A stretch of DNA of 64,000 bases from a virus. The stretch spans positions 32,001 through 96,000 of the IMG/VR virus record IMGVR_UViG_3300042542_005394. One strand, given 5' to 3'. The position numbers and the translations under genes are program-made. Under the pieces are notes generated by a model, which saw only the letters and a program-made list of their open reading frames with translations, was not told the origin of the DNA and ran no database searches. The first letter of the stretch is position 1. Each line of letters begins with the position of its first letter. Shown here in pieces: positions 58,470 through 64,000 of this stretch.

Positions 58470-59020
58470 GTTTGTATACTAAGAAAATTATCAAGACCCA
58501 TTTGCTCAATTAACTTGAGATAACCTTCATATAATACTATACCATCTTCACTTCCTTTTAGTAGTGGTATCATTACATTGGCTGTCATCTCATCACCGAT
58601 TGATCTAGCTGCAACTATAGTTGCTCTTTCAGCAGCGGACGCTTCTTGAACTGAAGCTAGATTATATTTGATCATAGCAAGCATATCATGCCTACTCCAA
58701 ACTGGAGGTTGAACTACCAGTGGTTGATAGTCAGCATCAAAGAATTCTAGTCTTGATAGATTAATCATAGCGTGTTCATGCTCTTCTTTTGCATCAGCTT
58801 TTATAACTTCAGCAAGTTTTTTATATCCCCATCTATCTAGATGAACAGCTTGAGCAGACAATACTGTGGTTTGCTGCCAGTGTATATTTAGAGACTTTTT
58901 AAGTAGTTCAATCACAGTGTCAGTTGAATAATTAGATACTTCTTGTGCTTGTATTGGAGATGTTTCTACTTCTTGCATTGTTAGTCCTTGTTCTTCTAGT
59001 AGTTGAGAAATTGTTTTCAT
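58466..59020 (-). CDS. Bacterioferritin-like protein with altered metal site
   Basis: WGYKKL, EEHEHA, C-terminal LIEQMGLDNFL. Confidence 0.8.
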   Translation of the reverse strand: MKTISQLLEEQGLTMQEVETSPIQAQEVSNYSTDTVIELLKKSLNIHWQQTTVLSAQAVHLDRWGYKKLAEVIKADAKEEHEHAMINLSRLEFFDADYQPLVVQPPVWSRHDMLAMIKYNLASVQEASAAERATIVAARSIGDEMTANVMIPLLKGSEDGIVLYEGYLKLIEQMGLDNFLSIQT

Positions 59021-59024
59021 GATT

Positions 59025-59609
59025 TTATCCTATTTGAGTAGCATGTAATACACCACTATTAGACTCTAATTGTTTCATATATTTATATACTAATTCTAGC
59101 TCTCTAAAATTAGCATTACTTTTGATAGTATTAGCTTTAAAACTTATAATTTGTACATTTCCTTTAATATATCCTTTATTATTATCTATTCTATCTATAG
59201 AATAGGAATTATCTTCAGCTTTTCCTTTGTTAAATTGTAGCTCTATTCCGAGTATAGGACATTCTCTAGGTAATATTATGTCATTCAGATCTAAATTAAA
59301 TTCTAGATTATAGTCTTTAGATCTTTTTTTGGCAGCATTAAGCAAAACTTTTCTTCTGTCTCTGGTATAGACTCTTTGCTTGTCACAGCATTTACAAAAA
59401 TAAGAATATCCAAAGGCAGAATTTTTATTTTTCCTAAATTCTTCAAATTTTTTAATAATACGACATCTACCACATTTTTTACAGTTGGCGGGAACATCTT
59501 TATGTAGAACTAATAATCTATTATAGCTAGTTGAGCAAGAAAGCGAGCAGAATCTGACATTTTTTCTTTTGTGAGATATATCTTTATTACAGGCTATACA
59601 TTTTTTCAT
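59025..59609 (-). CDS. Free-standing HNH-type (homing) endonuclease with N-terminal zinc fingers
   Basis: CxxC repeats, CPILG, SIDRIDN.KGY..GNV.IIS..AN..K. Confidence 0.85.
   Translation of the reverse strand: MKKCIACNKDISHKRKNVRFCSLSCSTSYNRLLVLHKDVPANCKKCGRCRIIKKFEEFRKNKNSAFGYSYFCKCCDKQRVYTRDRRKVLLNAAKKRSKDYNLEFNLDLNDIILPRECPILGIELQFNKGKAEDNSYSIDRIDNNKGYIKGNVQIISFKANTIKSNANFRELELVYKYMKQLESNSGVLHATQIG
59047..59055 (-). promoter_or_regulatory. YGGTGTAT motif upstream of the ferritin-like gene
   Basis: tGGTGTATta, 28 nt upstream of 59020. Confidence 0.5.
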
Positions 59610-59631
59610 ATCTTTTTCTCCGTTGTGATTC

Positions 59632-59640
59632 TATACACCA
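59632..59640 (-). promoter_or_regulatory. YGGTGTAT motif upstream of the HNH gene
   Basis: tGGTGTATag, 24 nt upstream of 59609. Confidence 0.55.
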
Positions 59641-59665
59641 CAATGGAAGAGAATATATAAAAATA

Positions 59666-60232
59666 TTAGTCTTTAACTGGACTATTTGATCGCCACTGAT
59701 AACAACTCCACCATTTTGGTTTCCACTTTGGTCCTGGATTTTTATCACATCCATGTCTAGCCCTAAAGCTTTTACGACGTTCTGGATCATCTCTCTTTAT
59801 GGATAAATTGGGATCCCCAAATCTGACTATAACAACCTTACCCTTGTCGTTTTTTGTATAAACAGCAAACTTTTTAGAACCTCCGGGAGTTCTAAATGGT
59901 TTGTTTAGAGTAACTTTACGTCCTTGATATTCAGCAGCTAATGTATAAAGATCCCATACTTCTTCTGGTTCGTTAAAATCTATATAATCTTCATCATTTG
60001 GGATAATGAGATTAGATGGGGTAACCTCTTCACCATCTTCATCCAACTCTTCGTCATAATTATACTCCAGAATTTGTCTAACCTGTTCTACTAATGAAGA
60101 TTTAGTTTGACCTAAACAAACAGCTATTCTCTGCTTATTGTCAGGATAGTCTTTTTTCATAACTTCGTCGCCCATGCAACGAGCTACAAACTTTTGTTGA
60201 TCTTCGTCTTTATCTGGTTTTGGTATAGGCAT
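59666..60232 (-). CDS. Two-module basic/acidic phage protein
   Basis: MPIPKP..E....F..RCM...QR.AVC, plus AEYQGRKV.LNKP...V.FGDP...RRKSFRARH.C...WSC..W. Confidence 0.65.
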   Translation of the reverse strand: MPIPKPDKDEDQQKFVARCMGDEVMKKDYPDNKQRIAVCLGQTKSSLVEQVRQILEYNYDEELDEDGEEVTPSNLIIPNDEDYIDFNEPEEVWDLYTLAAEYQGRKVTLNKPFRTPGGSKKFAVYTKNDKGKVVIVRFGDPNLSIKRDDPERRKSFRARHGCDKNPGPKWKPKWWSCYQWRSNSPVKD

Positions 60233-60242
60233 AGTATTTCTC

Positions 60243-61307
60243 CTATTCTTGTATACACCTAACTAATGTATTGGCCGAATTTTCCCAACTATATTGTTCG
60301 GCCGTTGCTAATCCTGCTGGATTTTCTTTTGTTCTATTTTGATACATTTGTCTCATATACCATATAATAAAATCTTTTTCGTTATCTCCAATTTTAGCCC
60401 AATTTCCTGTGCCATGAAACCATCTATTATCAATAGCAGACTCTGAATCAGATATTTCTATTAAAGAGCAATTATCTTTATTGCAATATTCTGTGTGTGC
60501 GGAATAATTCGTAGCTATTATCGGTTTGTTCATAGACATAGTCTCTAGTAGTTCAAGATTCCAACCCTCCGCTTTAGATATGTAAATACCGCAATCACAA
60601 TAACTCATTATATGAGCTAAATCATTTTGAGTAGGTAATCTAGGAAAAACTCTTATTTTAGATTTTAATTTAGAATTTTGCACCAAATTTAGCCATTGTT
60701 TTTCTTCTTCTTGTTTAAGAAATATATTGTGTGTAACTAACCATAACTCAACCTCATCATTCTGTTCAAAAGCTTTATTAAAGCATTCTATTAAAACATC
60801 ATGAGATTTTCTAATTTCCCATTTTCCAGCTGTCATAAATATATAATTATTTATTTTTCCTTTGTCTTCTGGAGTTCTAGGATAGAATATTGATCTATCT
60901 ACCCCTAAAGGCACCACCTTAACGGGCTTATTAATATTATTTTTTTCTACGATAGATTTTGCCCAATTACTACTAACTATAATAGTATCTGGAAAATTTA
61001 AATGATGTTTTTCTAGTTCATTAAAAGTGTCAATTTCAAAAAATGGATAAGCAAAGTATTTTCCCCTACCAGGCTTATTTAGCAGATCAAACTGGTGCCA
61101 AATTTTAACCGCTGGAGCGTCGTATGCTACTGATGCTTGTTTCATTGTGGCGTTATTTATTACTTCTGCATCTTCTCTATTTTCAGGCGTAGCATTTCCA
61201 ATAATAGATAAGCACACATTATTATTTTTAGCTAGTGCTTTTAGTATATGTAAAGAAGCGTGTCCATAACCTGTGCCTCCCATTGGGGCTTGTAGATGTA
61301 TATTCAT
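60243..61307 (-). CDS. GT4-family glycosyltransferase
   Basis: TGYG, VVPLGVD, GKWE.RK, EGWNLELLE.M...KPIIAT. Confidence 0.87.
   Translation of the reverse strand: MNIHLQAPMGGTGYGHASLHILKALAKNNNVCLSIIGNATPENREDAEVINNATMKQASVAYDAPAVKIWHQFDLLNKPGRGKYFAYPFFEIDTFNELEKHHLNFPDTIIVSSNWAKSIVEKNNINKPVKVVPLGVDRSIFYPRTPEDKGKINNYIFMTAGKWEIRKSHDVLIECFNKAFEQNDEVELWLVTHNIFLKQEEEKQWLNLVQNSKLKSKIRVFPRLPTQNDLAHIMSYCDCGIYISKAEGWNLELLETMSMNKPIIATNYSAHTEYCNKDNCSLIEISDSESAIDNRWFHGTGNWAKIGDNEKDFIIWYMRQMYQNRTKENPAGLATAEQYSWENSANTLVRCIQE
60252..60260 (-). promoter_or_regulatory. GGTGTAT motif
   Basis: aGGTGTATac, 21 nt upstream of 60232, followed by an AGGAG RBS. Confidence 0.5.
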
Positions 61308-61311
61308 ATAT

Positions 61312-62412
61312 TTATATTCCTAGTATTGGATTGTGATTATTGTGTATTTTATTAACTCTACAAAATTGTCCACATTTGGACATATATTTTATATTATTGG
61401 CTCCTATATAACAACAACAAGATCTTATTCCTCCAAGAAGTTCTTGTGTTACTTGATCAAGAGTTCCTTTATATGGAACCGTTATTTTAGTACCTTCGCT
61501 GGCTCTATAATTTTTCTTACCGTCCTCGAATAGGTCTTGAGAATGATGAGTACTCATGCCATAGTAGGTGAATCGACCTTTAGATTTTTTCTCAGACCCT
61601 AATATTTTAGAATAATCTCCTCCAAATTCCCACTCTCCTTCGCACGGTTCACTACCAGAAAAGTACCCGCCTAACATTAAAAAGTCTGCCCCTGCGCATA
61701 GTGCTTTACATACATCTCCAACAGTTTTATGTCCACCATCTGAGCATATTAGTCCTAGTTTTTTAGGTCCGTTTTGGAGTCCATGAGCGACGTAAGAATT
61801 TTCTAAACAAGTTGACAATTGAGGAATTCCACATCCTGTTTGAAAGCGAGTGGTACACGCACTACCTCCTCCCACTCCAACCTTTACAATATCAACTCCA
61901 CCATATATAATTAATTCTTGTGTTGAAGAAGTATTGGTAACATTACCAGCCAGTATAATAGATTCTGGAAACTCGTCCCTTACTTTTTTGCAATATTTAA
62001 CAAAAACATCCATATGACCATTGGGTACATCAATGCATATGTTAGGTTGTTTATTAAGTTTATTTTTAAGTTCAAGTAAATGATTTAGGTCGCTTTTTTT
62101 ATAGCCTATAGACACAAAAGTATAATCTATATTTTCTGGGTGTTCTGTAAAATAATTATATAAATCATCCACAGAATGATACTTATGTAAGCACGCTATC
62201 ATTTTGTGTTTAGCTAGAGCCTTTGCCATATCAAAACTACAAAAACTCATATTTGCACACATTACTGGAACACCTGTCCATTTGCGTGAAGAATGATAAA
62301 AACTAAACGTTCTCTCAAGTTGTATTTCTGATCTACTAGTAAGAGTAGATCGCTGAGGAACTATTAGTACATCATCAAAATCAAGCTTGGTTTCATTGAG
62401 AATTTTTTGCAT
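61312..62412 (-). CDS. guaC: GMP reductase
   Basis: LDFDDVLI.P.RS, ICIDVPNG, AGNV, KVGVGGGSACTTR, YRASEG. Confidence 0.9.
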   Translation of the reverse strand: MQKILNETKLDFDDVLIVPQRSTLTSRSEIQLERTFSFYHSSRKWTGVPVMCANMSFCSFDMAKALAKHKMIACLHKYHSVDDLYNYFTEHPENIDYTFVSIGYKKSDLNHLLELKNKLNKQPNICIDVPNGHMDVFVKYCKKVRDEFPESIILAGNVTNTSSTQELIIYGGVDIVKVGVGGGSACTTRFQTGCGIPQLSTCLENSYVAHGLQNGPKKLGLICSDGGHKTVGDVCKALCAGADFLMLGGYFSGSEPCEGEWEFGGDYSKILGSEKKSKGRFTYYGMSTHHSQDLFEDGKKNYRASEGTKITVPYKGTLDQVTQELLGGIRSCCCYIGANNIKYMSKCGQFCRVNKIHNNHNPILGI

Positions 62413-62860
62413 TATTCAGCTCTATTTTTTCTTTATCTTTAAAATAATTGGGCCCATAATTTACATATATTTCTTCTCCTGCTAATATGTCTTTATTGGC
62501 TATTACATCAGCATAACTGTGTTCCCAATTAAATTTCCATACAGCATTAGGTTCATCTTGATGATTATAAATCATGCCATATCCTAATGCCATATGTAAT
62601 ACAAATCCATGTCTTTTACATTCTTGGCATGGGCATAATGGCTGTGTATATAAATATCTGTATATTTGAGGGTCTGTATGATATCTTGACCTAAAAGCCA
62701 AAGGGACCAATGGACATCTTTCAATTAGTTCGTCTGTTTTAATATTCTTTGTTGAAAAAATACCCAATCCTTGAATAAGAGATTTTTTAATAGTAACCTT
62801 AGAAGGATATACATAATCTATATCTGGAATTATTTTAGGATTATTATCATTATTGTCCAT
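62393..62860 (-). CDS. SET-domain protein lysine methyltransferase
   Basis: GLGIF, GYGMIYNHQDEPN, GEEIYVNYG..YF. Confidence 0.88.
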   Translation of the reverse strand: MDNNDNNPKIIPDIDYVYPSKVTIKKSLIQGLGIFSTKNIKTDELIERCPLVPLAFRSRYHTDPQIYRYLYTQPLCPCQECKRHGFVLHMALGYGMIYNHQDEPNAVWKFNWEHSYADVIANKDILAGEEIYVNYGPNYFKDKEKIELNNAKNSQ

Positions 62861-63302
62861 TGTATTTTACCTGTTCTATGCCAGTATAGGCATCTTTACT
62901 ATTAAAGTAGCAATTACCATAGTTAATAAAAATTTCCATATCTTTTGGTATATCTTTTATTGCAACAATGTCCCCTAGTAATTGAGGATAATTGAACTTC
63001 CACAAAGCATTGGGTTCGTCCTGATGATTATAAAGCATACCATACCCAGCAGCAACATACATTATAAATCCATGTTTTTGTGCTTCTTCATCATTTTGAT
63101 ACCTAGCGTACATGTATCCAAATATTGTCGGGTCTAATTGATACTTAGAACGATATTCCATTTGTATTAATGGACATCTTTCTATAACCTCTCCTTTTTT
63201 AATATTGGTAGTAGCAAAAACTCCTCGACCTTGTATTGTGGAATCACCAACAATAATTTTGGTGGGAGCAATATATGCCGGTTGTTGTAAATTAATATTC
63301 AT
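62850..63302 (-). CDS. SET-domain protein lysine methyltransferase
   Basis: GRGVFA, GYGMLYNHQDEPN, EIFINYG..YF. Confidence 0.88.
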   Translation of the reverse strand: MNINLQQPAYIAPTKIIVGDSTIQGRGVFATTNIKKGEVIERCPLIQMEYRSKYQLDPTIFGYMYARYQNDEEAQKHGFIMYVAAGYGMLYNHQDEPNALWKFNYPQLLGDIVAIKDIPKDMEIFINYGNCYFNSKDAYTGIEQVKYNGQ

Positions 63303-63499
63303 ATAGTTTCCTTTAAAAAATCATCAGTATCGTAGCAGGTAAGGTTGGTTGACCATCCCGTTTCGCTAACGCAAATTTTTGCTACAGTTAAAAATCCTTT
63401 ACCTTTATATTTTTGAATGACGCACAATATTGCTGCTCTGTGAGATTTTCTATCTATAATTTCTTTGATTTGACCTGAGATAACATAGTATTTTGGCAT
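63299..63499 (-). CDS. Small hypothetical protein
   Basis: 66 aa, MPKYYV.SG start, coupled to its neighbours. Confidence 0.55.
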   Translation of the reverse strand: MPKYYVISGQIKEIIDRKSHRAAILCVIQKYKGKGFLTVAKICVSETGWSTNLTCYDTDDFLKETI

Positions 63500-63501
63500 T
63501 A

Positions 63502-64000
63502 TTAAATATCAAAAAAGCGCCATCTATTATAGTGTTCTATATTTTCATCACTATTGATATGACTTATGTAATTCTTTAATTCTTCCCAGTCTGAAAAAAA
63601 CCATTCATGAGGCAATGTTCCAAACAACCAATCTGGAACGTGTGTTTTACCTTGTTCTATATGAATCAATATGGGTTTTTTAGAACGATTACATAAGAAT
63701 AATTCTTCCCATGTTCCGCAGGCATAGTGGTCGAGATCTAGATTGACTACCAAAAAATCACTTATATCTACTAATCTCAAGTCAACTGATCTTATAGTTT
63801 TCATCATTGATGAAAGCTCATCGTATCTTTTTTGATTTTTGAGTTTAGTTTTTATAATATGAGAATCATTATCTTCCATGCCGGTCGTAGTAGGTTTTGT
63901 TATAGGATTAAATACTACAACACCCATACTTTCAAGAAAGGGAGTTATATTATCTCTCCATGTTGCTCCTCTATCCGCAACTCTGTCCATAGCACCGGCC
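63502..64000 (-). CDS. Nucleoside 2-deoxyribosyltransferase-like (NDT/RCL) protein, 5' end outside window
   Basis: Frame open to the window edge (AGAMD..), WR, VFNP, D...VD.SD..VV, GT.EE. Confidence 0.75.
   Translation of the reverse strand, partial: AGAMDRVADRGATWRDNITPFLESMGVVVFNPITKPTTTGMEDNDSHIIKTKLKNQKRYDELSSMMKTIRSVDLRLVDISDFLVVNLDLDHYACGTWEELFLCNRSKKPILIHIEQGKTHVPDWLFGTLPHEWFFSDWEELKNYISHINSDENIEHYNRWRFFDI

Noticed and set aside
1523-61533. Many short antisense or overlapping ORFs in the track (e.g. 2878-3408, 4492-5076, 13875-14240, 48651-49106)
   Set aside because: They are shadows of well-supported genes on the opposite strand or frame, with no motifs or RBS

Overview
AT-rich (roughly 30% GC by eye), gene-dense segment of a large tailed-phage genome in the standard genetic code, almost entirely on the minus strand. 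No tRNA, rRNA or CRISPR array was seen. From left to right it contains: Cys-rich putative virion proteins; a glycosyltransferase/pseudo-enzyme cluster; a bacterial-type replication and recombination block (SSB, an intein-free split DnaE with a DEDDh exonuclease gene between the halves, a Cas4/RecB-like nuclease, dNMP kinase, primase, DnaB, RecA); HNH, PhoH, a MazG-like protein and a class Id-like ribonucleotide reductase; a glycan island with an inverted ADP-heptose-type cassette plus GT9, GT2, GT4 and methyltransferases; dCMP deaminase; a 1284-aa beta-solenoid protein; an envelope/lysis-like module holding an intein-interrupted papain-family protease and a catalytically dead paralog; paired fibre/adaptor genes; and ClpP-like, DeoC-like, sigma-like, PAP2, bacterioferritin-like, GMP reductase and tandem SET genes. 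A recurrent YGGTGTAT motif lies 20-60 nt upstream of many late or accessory genes. A Planctomycetota host is suggested but not proven. All family calls come from motif recognition by eye; no database searches were run.
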